A DNA stretch of 42,085 bases from Macrostomum lignano (Eukaryota): assembly GCA_002269645.1 (NCBI GenBank), contig NIVC01000789.1:1-42085 (forward strand), in the 5' to 3' direction. The notes below the pieces were generated by a model. The model was not told the origin of the DNA, did no database searches, and saw only the letters and a program-made list of their open reading frames with translations. The position numbers and the translations under genes are program-made. Positions 1 through 11,485 of the stretch are shown one piece after another (within the stretch, counting starts at the first letter, position 1; every line of letters starts with the position of its first letter).

Positions 1-232
1 CATGCTTCGGTGCGCACATGGGGGGGTTGAACAGCTATACAGACTCGCATAAATTATGAGCTAATATTCATTGATATGCGATACAGTGATGATGCAATTG
101 ACTTTGATTTACTATTTTTATATTCTCTCCACCATGTTATAGGGGGGGACAGCTGGGTCATTTTGTGAATAGGAAAATTAAAAAAACAGGTGCTTATCTG
201 CGTAATTAACCGAAGCCAAGAGTTGGAGTGTT

Positions 233-408
233 CCATTTACGATTGGTGCCATTTACGATTGGTGCATTTAGATTGTGCCATTCACGATTGTGCCATTTAC
301 GATTGGTGCATTCACGATTGGTGCCATTTACGATTGGTGCCATTTACGATTGGTGCCATTTAGGATTGGTGCCATTTACGATTGGTGCATTTACGATTGG
401 TGCCATTT
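233..408. repeat. Minisatellite, 15-16-bp unit ATTTACGATTGGTGCC
   Basis: About 11 tandem copies read directly; grades into the 21-bp array that follows. Confidence 0.95.
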
Positions 409-1230
409 AGGATGAGATTGGTGCCATTTAGGATGAGATTGGTGCCATTTAGAATGAGATTTGTGCCATTTAGAATGAGATTGGTGCCATTTAGGATGAG
501 ATTGGTGCCATTTAGAATCAGATTTGTGCCATTTAGATGAGATTTGTGCCATTTAGGATGCGATTGGTGCATTTAGAATCAGATTTGTGCCATTTAGAAT
601 GAGATTGGTGCCATTTAGGATGAGATTGATGCCATTTAGGATGAGATTGGTGCCATTTAGGATGAGATTGGTGCCATTTAGGATGAGATTAGTGCCATTT
701 AGACTGAGATTTGTGCCATTTAGGATGAGATTGGTGCCATTTAGACTGAGATAGGATGAGATGAGATAAGATGAGATTGATTTAGGATGAGATTGATGCC
801 ATTTAGGATTAGATTGATGCCATTTAGGATGAGATTGATGCCATTTAGGATGAGATTGATGCCATTTTGAATGAGATTGGTGCCATTTAGAATGAGATTG
901 GTGCCATTTAGGATGAGATTGGTGTCATTTAGGATGAGATTGATGCCATTTAGAATGAGATAGGATGAGATGAGATAAGATGAGATTGATTAGGATGAGA
1001 TTGATGCCATTTAGGATTAGATTGATGCCATTTAGGATGAGATTGATGCCATTTAGGATGAGATTGATGCCATTTAGGATGAGATTGGTGCCATTTAGAA
1101 TGAGATTGGTGCCATTTAGGATGAGATTGGTGCCATTTAGGATGAGATTAGTGCCATTTAGGGTGAGATTGGTGCCATTTAGAATGAGATTTGTGCCATT
1201 TAGAATGAGATTGATGCCATCTAGGATGCT
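403..1230. repeat. Minisatellite, 21-bp unit ATTTAGGATGAGATTGGTGCC
   Basis: Tandem copies read directly; explains the periodic ORFs (LVPFRMR)n and (LILNGTN)n. A ~205-bp block recurs at ~750 and ~955. Confidence 0.95.
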
Positions 1231-1944
1231 TAGATGGTCATTAATGATTTTAAGACTTCAGTCAGGGTTCTCTAATGACCAAGGCAAGCCATGTATTCAT
1301 GTAAAATGTGACTCTGTTAGGATCTGCAGAGCTGGCCCGTCAAAATGCTTAAGATCACGCATAAATGGACGATCAAGATTGTAAGGTATTTCTGCATGCA
1401 AGTCTTTGTTTCTTATATAGAACCCCTTCCCGTTGGCTAAGCTTTCACTGGCGATAAGAATCTGCAGAAGAGTGGCATAACAAGGAGGCTGGAGCGGAGA
1501 ACACAGTTGCATTGCCTGTAGCTTTTAAAAGCGCTGGCTGGCAGAAACTGCTTCAGCAATTCTGCTTGAGGCGCACGCGCCAGCCCACCTGAAGCCGCTT
1601 GCATCCCTGTACCTGCTTGATCGCAATCAGCGGCGGCAGCAGCAGCAAGGGGGTTGCTTCTTTCGGTGTAAGGGAAAATTTGACATTGATCTGACGCCGG
1701 TGTAATTCCTCTCCATTCTTCTCCCCTTTCCTCTCCTGGAAGGAGGAGCACAAGAAAAAATGTTTACTTGCTTCTGGCAGCGATTTTGTACAGAATAAAG
1801 GATACGTGGAGTTGTCTGGAATTCGTCAGTTTTGATGAAGACCGCCAAGATTTCATTGGCTTTCGGGGCAGGACTTTCTAATGCTCTGAACGATATTCTA
1901 ATAGGTTTTAAAAATTACAATAATGCCTTCACTTAAGAACTGTA

Positions 1945-2235
1945 GGGTAGATAGTGGAGTAGACAGTAAGGAGAGTGTGAGGAGACTGGTGAGTAGAGTG
2001 AGGAAGAGGGCGGAAAGAATGTGAGATAGACGATGAGGGAGAGATGAGGGAGAGTAGGAGAGTGTAGAGTAGATAGTGAAAAGTGCGGCGAGAGTTTTAG
2101 GGTAGATAGTTAGGGAGAGTGTGGGGAAAGTTGTAGGGTAGACAGTGGTATAGTGTGGGGAGAGGGTAGGGTAAACAGTGGTATAGTGTGGAGAGAGGGT
2201 AGGGTAGACAGTGGGGTAGAGTGTGGGGAGAGAAT
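1945..2235. repeat. Purine-rich (GA/GT) low-complexity tract
   Basis: Strong G/A strand bias with imperfect GTAGAGAGTGTGGGG-type repeats. Confidence 0.7.
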
Positions 2236-3059
2236 TACAATTTGGGGTTCAATAATTCTAGGCTAGGCTGAGTTTCATTATTTAAAATTTACTTATCGAA
2301 AAGTCAGTTATTTTCCTAGTGATTGTTTGGCAGTTCAGAAGACGCTGAGCATTTGGCGATGAATGAAAACTGTAACTCATTCTATCTCAACATTTCTGTC
2401 CAGTCCTAGCCGATGGCCTTTGTTGCGCCCATCGATCGGGTGCGCTGTTCCGCTTGCACCGGATGGCTTCGAATCTTCTTCTGCTACTTCTTCTGCTGTT
2501 TTTTTCCGACAAGAAATTTTGCTCTCTGGCGTCATTGGGACGCCTCCGATGTAGGACGGGACGCCGCCGTCGCTACGCCCTTAGTCTGCCTGTCTGCCTG
2601 TCTGTCTGCTGCTTTTTTGCTTGCATTTCGCTCCGGCTCTTGGGGCTTTTCTCGCACGGATAGACAGATAAACCCGCCCGCATGGCTGCAGATGATTTTC
2701 AACCCCCCCCCCCAGTTCCGCGCTTATTTTAATAGTTTCAAAAACATGCCAATAGTTTGGCAACACAACAATGCAATTATGAGAAGCATTTTTAGGTCAA
2801 GCTGTTTGCTTTGAATTTGACAAACTTTTGGCAATTGCCGGTGTATTGGCTTTTAAATTTGTGTTATGTTAGCCTGACTGTTGCTGAGCATGAATAGTTA
2901 ACTACCAGAAACTGTAGGAAAGTGGTTCTAGATAGGGCCTGCGTCAGTAGATTAGGTGGAGCTAGAAAGAGGGCCCCGGTAGATTAGATGGGAATAGAAA
3001 GGGAGCGCCATGGCCGATCGGGCTGGCGGTTGGCGGAGCTTGAATTCGTGGCTTGGAGC

Positions 3060-3105
3060 GCGCGGACCAATGAGAGCCGTGGCGCTGTCATTTTAAAATA
3101 TTATA
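3060..3105 (+). promoter_or_regulatory. Possible proximal promoter of the homeobox gene (CCAAT box plus AT-rich TATA-like tract)
   Basis: CCAAT at 3067-3071 and TTTTAAAATATTATA at ~3091, 40-80 bp upstream of the ATG. Position only; no functional evidence. Confidence 0.25.
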
Positions 3106-3146
3106 CAAAGGAATTATTCGAAAGACAAAAACAATTTTAGAGACTA

Positions 3147-6100
3147 ATGTCGAGCCATCTAAACAGCAGCATGTTCAGCATGAGCAGCCACTTGGCCAAT
3201 CTTGACAGCCGAATTCAAACTTGGCTGGCAGTGGCCGAGTCCAGTCCCTGCTTCCCGGCCGCTGCCAACGCTGTCGCCGCCGCAGCGGCAGCCTCAGGCC
3301 GGTGCCCGTCGTCAACTGACAGCTCCGAGATGCAGTCCGACGGGCGAGGCAGCGTCAACAGGACTTCGCCTGACGCTGATGGCAACCACGCTGCGGCTGG
3401 CCTGGGTACGTGCCTTCGGGTGGATGTCTCTTGCAATCTGGTCAGAGGAGCGGATGACTCTTGGAATCTGGTCAGAGGAGCGGATGTCTCTTGCAATCTG
3501 GTCAGAGAGGGCGGATGACTCTTGGAATCTGGTCAGAGAGGGCGGATGTCTCTTGCAATCTGGTCAGAGGAGCGGATGACTCTTGGAATCTGGTCAGAGG
3601 GGGTGGATGTCTCTTGCAATCTGGTCAGAGAGGGCGGATGTCTTGCAATCTGGTCAGAGGAGCGGATGACTCTTGGAATCTGGTCAGAGAGGGCGGATGT
3701 CTCTTGCAATTGGTCAGAGGGGGCGGATGACTCTTGCAATCTGGTCAAAGGGGGCGGATGTCTCTTGGAATCTGGTCAGAGAGGGCGGATGTCTCTTGCA
3801 ATTGGTCAGAGGGGGCGGATGACTCTTGCAATCTGGTCAAAGGGGGCGGATGTCTCTTGGAATCTGGTCAGAGAGGGCGGATGTCTCTTGCAATCTGGTC
3901 AGAGAGGGCGGATGTCTCTTGGAATCTGGTCAGAGAGGGCGGATGTCTCTTGCAATCTGGTCAGAGAGGGCGGATGTCTCTTGCAATCTGGTCAGAGGGG
4001 GCGGATGAATCTTGGAATCTGGTCAGAGAGGGCGGATGACTCTTGCAATCTGGTCAGAGAGGGCGGATGTCTCTTGCAATCTGGTCAGAGGGGGCGGATG
4101 TCTCTTGGAATCTGGTCAGAGAGGGCGGATGACTCTTGGAATCTGGTCAGAGAGGGCGGATGTCTCTTGGAATCTGGTCAGAGAGGGCGGATGTCTCTTG
4201 CAATCTGGTCAGAGGGGGCGGATGACTATTGGAATCTGGTCAGAGAGGGCGGATGTCTCTTGCAATCTGGTCAGAGGGGGCGGATGTCTCTTGGAATCTG
4301 GTCAGAGAGGGCGGATGACTCTTGGAATCTGGTCAGAGAGGGCGGATGTCTCTTGGAATCTGGTCAGAGAGGGCGGATGTCTCTTGCAATCTGGTCAGAG
4401 GGGGCGGATGACTATTGGAATCTGGTCAGAGAGGGCGGATGTCTCTTGCAATTGGTCAGAGAGGGCGAGTGTCTCTTGGAATCTGGTCAGAGGGGCGAGT
4501 GACTCTTGGAATCAGTTCAGAGAGGGCGAGTGACTCTTGGAATCTGGTCAGAGAGGGCGAGTGTCTCTTGCAATCTGGTCAGAGGGGGCGAGTGACTCTT
4601 GGAATCAGTTCAGAGAGGGCGAGTGACTCTTGCAATCAGTTCAGAGAGGGCGAGTGTCTCTTGGAATCTGGTCAGAGGAGCGGATTTCTTTTGCAATCTA
4701 GTCAGAGAGGGCGGATGTCTCTTGGAATCTGGTCAGAGGGGGCGAGTGACTCTTGGAATCTGGTCAGAGGGGGCGAGTGACTCTTGGAATCTGGTCAGAG
4801 GGGGCGAGTGTCTCTTGGAATCTGGTCAGAGGGGGCGAGTGTCTCTTGGAATCTGGTCAGAGAGGGACGCTTTCATAAGACCTAAATTTCACAACGCCTA
4901 AAACCACTACACTTCACAACGCCTAAATTTCATATCGCCTAAATTTCACAACGCCTAAAACCGAAAATGCAGCCTCCTTCACATCGCCTAAATTTCATAT
5001 CGCCTAAATTTCAAAACGCCTAAAATATATGCAGCCTCCTTCACAACGCCTAAATTTCATATTGCCTAAATTTCACAACGCCTAAAACCTTTGCTTCTCT
5101 CCTTCACATTCAGTTTTAGGTGTTATGAAATTTAGGCGATATGAAATTTAGGCGATATGAAGGAGCGTGCAGAAATTTTAGGCGTTGTGAAATTTAGGCG
5201 ATGTGAAATTTAGGTGATGTGAAGTCATGTGCTTTAGGCGTTGTGAAATTTAGGTCTTATGAAGCGCCCCCGTCAGAGAGGGCGGATGACTATTGGAATC
5301 TGGTCAGAGGGGGCGAGTGTCTCTTGGAATCTGGTCAGAGGGGGCGAGTGTCTCTTGGAATCTGGTCAGAGGGGGCGGATGACTATTGCAATCTGGTCAG
5401 AGGGGGCGAGTGTCTCTTGGAATCTGGTCAGAGGGGGCGAGTGTCTCTTGGAATCTGGTCAGAGGGGGCGGATGACTATTGCAATCTGGTCAGAGGGGGC
5501 GAGTGTCTCTTGGAATCTGGTCAGAGAGGGCGGATGACTATTGCAATCTGGTCAGAGGGGGCGAGTGTCTCTTGGAATCTGGTCAGAGAGGGCGGATGAC
5601 TATTGCAATCTGGTCAGAGCGGGCGAGTGTCTCTTGGAATCTGGTCAGAGAGGGCGGATGACTATTGGAATCTGGTCAGAGGTTAAAGCACATCAAGGTG
5701 GACCTATTCCCGTTCAATATTTGTGCTAAGGACTACTATTTTTTCCAAGTTGCTTTAGTTTTCCTTGATTTTTGCATGAAATTGAACGTTCGTGATTTTA
5801 TATATTTTAAATCCACAGCGTGCCGCAGACCTTCAGCAACACCAGCAACAGCGGCCAACAATCAAGCTGATGACGGAGACAACGAGGACGCAGAAGATGA
5901 CGAACTGGAAGATGATGATGGCGCTGGGATGCTGGACGAAAAGCGAAACGCCACGGCGATGTCGGGCCAGCTTGTTGGCGACGGTCAAACAGCGGCGGCG
6001 ATGTCGCCGACGGAGAAGCGAGCCGACTCGGCGAAGGCCAGGCGACACCGGACTTCCTTTACCAGGTGAGGGGGCTGGAGAGTGTCTCACAGCATCCGGT

Positions 6101-7931
6101 GCAAAGCGGCATATAACATATAGATGGGCAACTGAGGATCTGGGAGGCTGGCCCAGCAGCTGAGGATCTAGGAGGCTGGCCCAGCAACTGAGGATCTGGG
6201 AGACTGGCCCAGCAACTGAAGATCTGGGAGGCTGACCCAGTAACTGAGGATCTGGGAGGCTGGCGCAGCAACTGAGGATCTGGGAGGCTGGCCCAGCAAC
6301 TGAGGATCTGGGAGGCTGGCCCAGTAACTGAGGATCTGGGAGGCTGGCGCAGCAACTGAGGATCTGGGAGGCTGGCCCAGCAACTGAGGATCTGGGAGGC
6401 TGGCCCAGCAACTGAGGATCTGGGAGGCTGGCCCAGCAACTGAGGATCTGGGAGGCTGGCGCAGCAACTGAGGATCTGGGAGGCTGGCCCAGCAACTGAG
6501 GATCTGGGAGACTGGCCCAGCAGCTGAGGATCTGGGAGGCTGGACCAGCAACTGAGGATCTGGGAGGCTGGCCCAGCAACTGAAGATCTGAGAGGGTGGC
6601 TCAGCAACTGAGGATCTGTGAGGGTGGCCCAGCAACTGAGGATCTGGGAGGTGAGCGCGCGAGTATCGAGATTCTGAGATGGAATCTGGAGCCGGAATCA
6701 GGTTGAGCAAAGCTGATTAAACGCAAAGCCAGTAGTGCACTTGCGCCAGATTGCATCAGCAGATAATTGGTCGGTAACTATAGCGAGCTGATAGAGCGAA
6801 TTGGCTCCAAAATTACGAGCGTATTTTTATGGCACTGTTGAGACCACAGGCCGTATCAAAGAGCCAGCCGCTTCCTTTTAGTATCGCCGTTTGAAATTTG
6901 ATACCACACATCTAAGCGATTTGCATTTGGATCCGCTCCGCTGTTCTGGTGCGTGCGAACTCTACGTAAAATCATTCCTGTACGGTGCTTTCAGTGAATA
7001 GGGCTGAATGGGCCAAAACGATTACGAAGGTAGACAAAATAGTCTCATATTTAATGTAGATTAGATGAGATCTCCAGGTAAAAAATAATAAATATTTTCA
7101 GGAGGGTTGTAGAGACCGTGGCGCAATGCCTTCGGCGACATCGTCCCACAACCCCCCACCACAACCCCCTATCAATGTGTTGTGTTTGAGAACGGAATCG
7201 AACCAGGGCCTGTGGCGCGAAATTCGGGCGCTGCTTTATCGCTGAGATTCTCAAATTCTCATAGTGGATTAGATAAAATTCTGGATGAGATTTGACACTG
7301 TTGATCAATAATCAAAAATGCAACCAACATCTAATCGATAATTCCCCGTTCAACAACCCCTAGCGCGCAGCTGTCCGCCCTGGAGAACGTGTTCGAGCAC
7401 ACGCACTATCCGGACGCATTCCTTCGCGAGGATCTCGCCCGCAGCATCCGGCTCACGGAGGCCCGCGTCCAGGTCTGGTTCCAGAACCGGCGGGCCAAGT
7501 TCCGCCGGGTTGAACGGCGGAAGCACGAGGACCAGGGCGGCCAGGAAGTTGCTGTTAGGAAGGCGGCACTGCAGTCGCCCGATCTCTCGAGGCTGAACGC
7601 GCAGCAGCAGCAGTCGCAGCAGCAGCCTAACTGGGCTACTGGGCCCTCGCCAATACCAGCTCAGCACCAGCATCAGCACCAGCAGCAGTCGCTGAACGCG
7701 TTCGCAGCTGCAGCGGCTTACGGCGGCCACGTCCTTCCAGGCCTGCCGTTTCCAACGTCGCTGTACGCAGCGACGGCAGCTGGCAGGCAGCAGCAGCAGC
7801 AGCCCAATCTGCAGCCTCCGCAGCTTCATCACCAGCATCATCATCAGCAGTCTCAATATCCCAACTCCCTGGAGCACTATCATCACCAAGAAGCAAGGGG
7901 CCATGAGCCAGCAGCCTATCTCAGCATGTGA
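3147..7931 (+). CDS. PRRX: Paired-class Q50 homeobox protein, Prrx-like; join(3147..3405,5819..6065,7364..7931), 357 aa
   Basis: Spliced homeodomain [61 protein letters not shown] closely matches PRRX1 ([39 protein letters not shown]). N-terminal FSMSSHL resembles the PRRX FSVSHLL motif. Donors G|gtacgt and AG|gtgagg and acceptors cacag| and cctag| are phase-consistent (1,2). Stop TGA; AATAAA at 7968. The homeobox is certain; the Prrx subfamily call is less so. Confidence 0.85.
3417..5682. repeat. Minisatellite, ~31-bp unit GGCGGATGTCTCTTGCAATCTGGTCAGAGAG, filling homeobox intron 1
   Basis: Dozens of tandem copies; source of the spurious ([15 protein letters not shown])n ORFs; interrupted at 4864-5271. 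Confidence 0.95.
4864..5271. mobile_element. Foldback/MITE-like element with modular inverted arms, inserted in the 31-bp array
   Basis: TIR CGCT(T)TCATAAGACCTAAATTTCACAACGCCTAAA at both ends in inverted orientation. Left half has CGCCTAAATTTCA subrepeats and the right half their complement. GTCAGAGA is duplicated on both sides (4856-4863, 5272-5279). Confidence 0.85.
6128..6651. repeat. Minisatellite, 28-bp unit GCAACTGAGGATCTGGGAGGCTGGCCCA, homeobox intron 2
   Basis: About 18 tandem copies; same unit as 11733-12990. Confidence 0.95.
7118..7258 (-). mobile_element. tRNA-headed SINE (family A), internally deleted copy
   Basis: Minus strand CTCAGCGATAAA...TCGCGCCACAGGCCCTGGTTCGATTCCGT (B box) matches 36609-36664. 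Its 3' end TGGGACGATGTCGCCGAAGG matches 24025-24045 and 36815-36824. Confidence 0.75.
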
Positions 7932-8320
7932 CGCGCCAGTTACCTCCCGCAGTTTTAACGAGCAAACAATAAAAAAAAACAAATGTAGAGACCACAGTGT
8001 GCAGTCAGAATGCAGTTTAACAATTGCCTGTCGCATCTACTAAATCGCATTTTTTATTCTGCAAAAAAACCCCACTACTAAATGTATAGTGCAAGAGGAC
8101 CGACCTCTAAAGGTCTTCAATATAATTATTCAATCTGCAACTTAGGGATATCCTGTCTATTATGTATAAATGTGAGATAAGCTTGGTCAAGTTATCATGC
8201 AGTAAATTATTTTTAGTCTAATAACAACCATTAAATGTGCCAGAGACTGTTCTGTCACTTGTCTGTCTGTTACCTAACCTGCTTGCATACTTTCATTTCG
8301 GCAAAGATCACTAATACGCG

Positions 8321-9120
8321 TAGATATAGAACACTCTAGATTTCATATAGAACTCTCTAGATTTCATACAGAACACTCTAGATTTCATATAGAACTCTCT
8401 AGATTTCATACAGAACTCTCTAGATTTCATACAGAACTCTAGATTTCATATAGAACTCTCTAGATTTCATATAGAACTCTCTAGATTTCATATAGAACTC
8501 TCTAGATTTCATACAGAACTCTAGATTTCATATAGAACTCTCTAGATTTCATACAGAACTCTAGATTTCATATAGAACTCTCTAGATTTCATACAGAACT
8601 CTAGATTTCATATAGAACTCTCTAGATTTCATACAGAACTCTCTAGATTTCATATAGAACACTCTAGATTTCATATAGAACTCTCTAGATTTCATATAGA
8701 ACTCTCTAGATTTCATACAGAACTCTCTAGATTTCATATAGAACACTCTAGATTTCATATAGAACTCTCTAGATTTCATATAGAACACTCTAGATTTCAT
8801 ATAGAACTCTCTAGATTTCATACAGAACTCTCTAGATTTCATATAGAACTCTCTAGATTTCATACAGAACTCTCTAGATTTCATACAGAACTCTCTAGAT
8901 TTCATACAGAACTCTCTAGATTTCATACAGAACTCTCTAGATTTCATACAGAACTCTCTAGATTTCATACAGAACTCTCTAGATTTCATACAGAACACTC
9001 TAGATTTCATACAGAACTCTCTAGATTTCATACAGAACTCTCTAGATTTCATATAGAACTCTCTAGATTTCATATAGAACTCTCTAGATTTCATATAGAA
9101 CTCTCTAGATTTCATATAGA
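8321..9120. repeat. Minisatellite, 21-bp unit TAGATTTCATATAGAACTCTC
   Basis: About 38 tandem copies; gives the (MKSREFY)n ORF. Confidence 0.95.
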
Positions 9121-9430
9121 GGGGGCTGCAGTAGCCTTGTGGTTAGAGCGTCGGACTCACGACTGAAAGGTCGGGGGTTCGATTCTCGACCCATTCGGAA
9201 CAATTTGTGTCCTTGAGCAAGACACTTAACTCTGCATTGCTTCAGATCACCCAGCTGTAAAATGGGTGCCAGCATTGGCTGGGGTAATTGAGGGTGTGTG
9301 GCGATCCCCCAGTCCTTGGACTGAACAGCCGTACGCAGCCTTCAGATGCGCCGCCGCGCAATAGCTGCGGCTGAGCTGTGAGTTGCACATCTCTGGCCAT
9401 TTGGGCAGGTGTAATCAATTATTGTTATTA
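9121..9430 (+). mobile_element. tRNA-derived SINE with a CORE/V/Meta-type central domain (family B)
   Basis: A box TAGCCTTGTGG and B box GGTTCGATTCT, then TGTGTCCTTGAGCAAGACACTTAACTC...CCCAGCTGTAAAATGGGT, resembling the conserved CORE/V/Meta SINE core. No acceptor stem. Confidence 0.8.
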
Positions 9431-9469
9431 GATTTCTAAAAAAAGATAGTAAAAATTAATAAGGACTTT

Positions 9470-9620
9470 CTAGAGTTCGGATGAATTCCAGATTTCGGAG
9501 AGAACATTCCAGATTTCGGAGTGAACATTCCAGATTTCGGAGAGAACATTCCAGATTTCGGAGTGAACATTCCAGATTTCGGAGAGAACATTCCAGATTT
9601 CGCGGAAAGTTTTCTAGATT
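9470..9620. repeat. Minisatellite, 21-bp unit CCAGATTTCGGAG(A/T)GAACATT
   Basis: 5-6 tandem copies; related to the 8321-9120 unit. Confidence 0.9.
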
Positions 9621-10529
9621 CTCAGGACAGGCTTACAACATCAAAGAATTAAAAAAGAACACATCAGACTATCGACTGAAATATGAGTAATTATTTGAGC
9701 TCTGCTCAGTTTCAGCGGCAAAAGGAAGAATACTACGAATCGGGAAAAATGGTCTGTTATACATTAATTAATTATTTATTTACGCTAGTTTGACCAATTT
9801 AAGCTTCTTTAACTCAGAAAAAAACCTGAAAACACTGAAAAGAAGTTGATTAGCTCTACTACTAACAAGTAGCAAGCATAGAATTAGAGACAATTATTGC
9901 AATCAATATAAATTCAATTAAAAGCACCATATTGATAATAATCGATAAAGTAAGGCAAGCAAATCAACAGCAATATGACACTGGTTTATTAACAATTAAC
10001 AATCTTACCAAGGCACAATTTTATATTACTAACAGTAGGAATGCCAAGTATTTTTGTTCAAATGAAATACTACTGTTTTAAATACGCAATTATAACTTTA
10101 CCTGATGACCTTGAATGTAACTTGGCACTGTTTCCGTGAATAAGTGACACAAATGAAATTGAATTTGAGTTCAATCATCCAACAGAGTAGCCATGATAAG
10201 TGCGTGAAATTAATTTAGATATCACAATTCATCACATAGTACTATGGTAGCAAGAAAACCGATTTGAACGCAACAACAAGGTACATGAAAAATTTACGAA
10301 ACCGAATTTTTATTTCGGCAAACGAGAGCAGAATATGATGCAATTCTTGATTGACCGAATTCGGCTAAAGTCAGTCATCGAGCATTGGCTTGAGCTCGGG
10401 AATAATAATATGAAACAGTTAATATCTAGTCCACAAATACTCTGACTTTAACTGATTCTTCACGGGTCATTTATGACATTCATTTTATGCAGTTATCCGC
10501 GGAATATTGACACTTCCAGATTCGAATGT

Positions 10530-11125
10530 AGAGATTTACTATAGATTTACACACCGAGTCTATAGATTTACACACCGAGTCTATAGATTTACTCACCGAG
10601 TCTATAGATTTACACACCGAGTCTATAGATTTGCACACCGAGTCTATAGATTTACATACCGAATCTGACTTTGTTCGCTCCCAGGCTCTGCGGCGCGCCA
10701 TCTGACGCGCCCTGCTCTAACTGTGACTGTGCATGCGGGGTCGCGTATTTTGTTGTTGTTGTTGTATACCGAATCTGTAGATTTACACACCGAATCTGTA
10801 GATTTACACACCGAATCTGTAGATTTACACACCGAATCTGTAGATTTACACACCGAATCTGTAGATTTACACACCGAATCTGTAGATTTACACACCGAAT
10901 CTGTAGATTTACACACCGAATCTGTAGATTTACACACAGAATCTGTAGATTTACACACCGAATCTGTAGATTTACACACCGAGTCTATAGATTTAATCAC
11001 CGAGTCTATAGATTTACACACCGAGTCTATAGATTTACACACCGAGTCTATCGATTCACACACCGAGTCTATAGATTTACACACCCTATCTGCAGATTTA
11101 CACACTTAATCTACAGATTTACAAT
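10530..11125. repeat. Minisatellite, 21-bp unit TAGATTTACACACCGA(G/A)TCT(A/G), interrupted at 10668-10765
   Basis: Tandem copies read directly; gives the (SVCKSTD)n ORFs. Confidence 0.95.
10668..10765 (+). mobile_element. 98-bp retroposed insertion with (TTG)n tail and 12-bp TSD
   Basis: ATACCGAATCTG flanks both sides (10656-10667, 10766-10777). The ATACC variant occurs only in these two array units. GC-rich body ends TTTTGTTGTTGTTGTTGT. Confidence 0.75.
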
Positions 11126-11485
11126 AGATTAACACAGCGAATGTATACTTTCACCTAATTTAAAGAATTACCAATCCATCTCTAAGGGAAGAGCACACCG
11201 AGTCCTAAGGATTCACACGCCGAATCTAGGGACTTCCAAGTCGAATATATATGCTTAATAATTTACTTAAACATCCAATCAATGGACTTCTACACTGAAT
11301 ATAGAGATTCTAAACTCAAATTTAAAGCTTAAAAATTTAAGATTCAGACTATAAAATCTTTGAAATCAAAAGCTAAGCCCCTATACTTGCGAAAATGTTG
11401 CAATCATTCAGAGATAGAAGCGGTGCGGATTAGAGTGAGCAAATAAAAAACGCACTACTAACAGTACTTTAGAAGCGGGTTATCT

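Noticed and set aside
5665-5818. N-terminal part of ORF 5665-6069 as coding
   Set aside because: It lies upstream of the cacag| acceptor at 5818 and starts within the minisatellite; only 5819-6065 is exonic.
9121-9200. tRNA gene (also the heads at 22452, 36595 and 7200)
   Set aside because: A and B boxes are present but there is no acceptor-stem pairing or canonical anticodon arm, and each continues into a SINE body.
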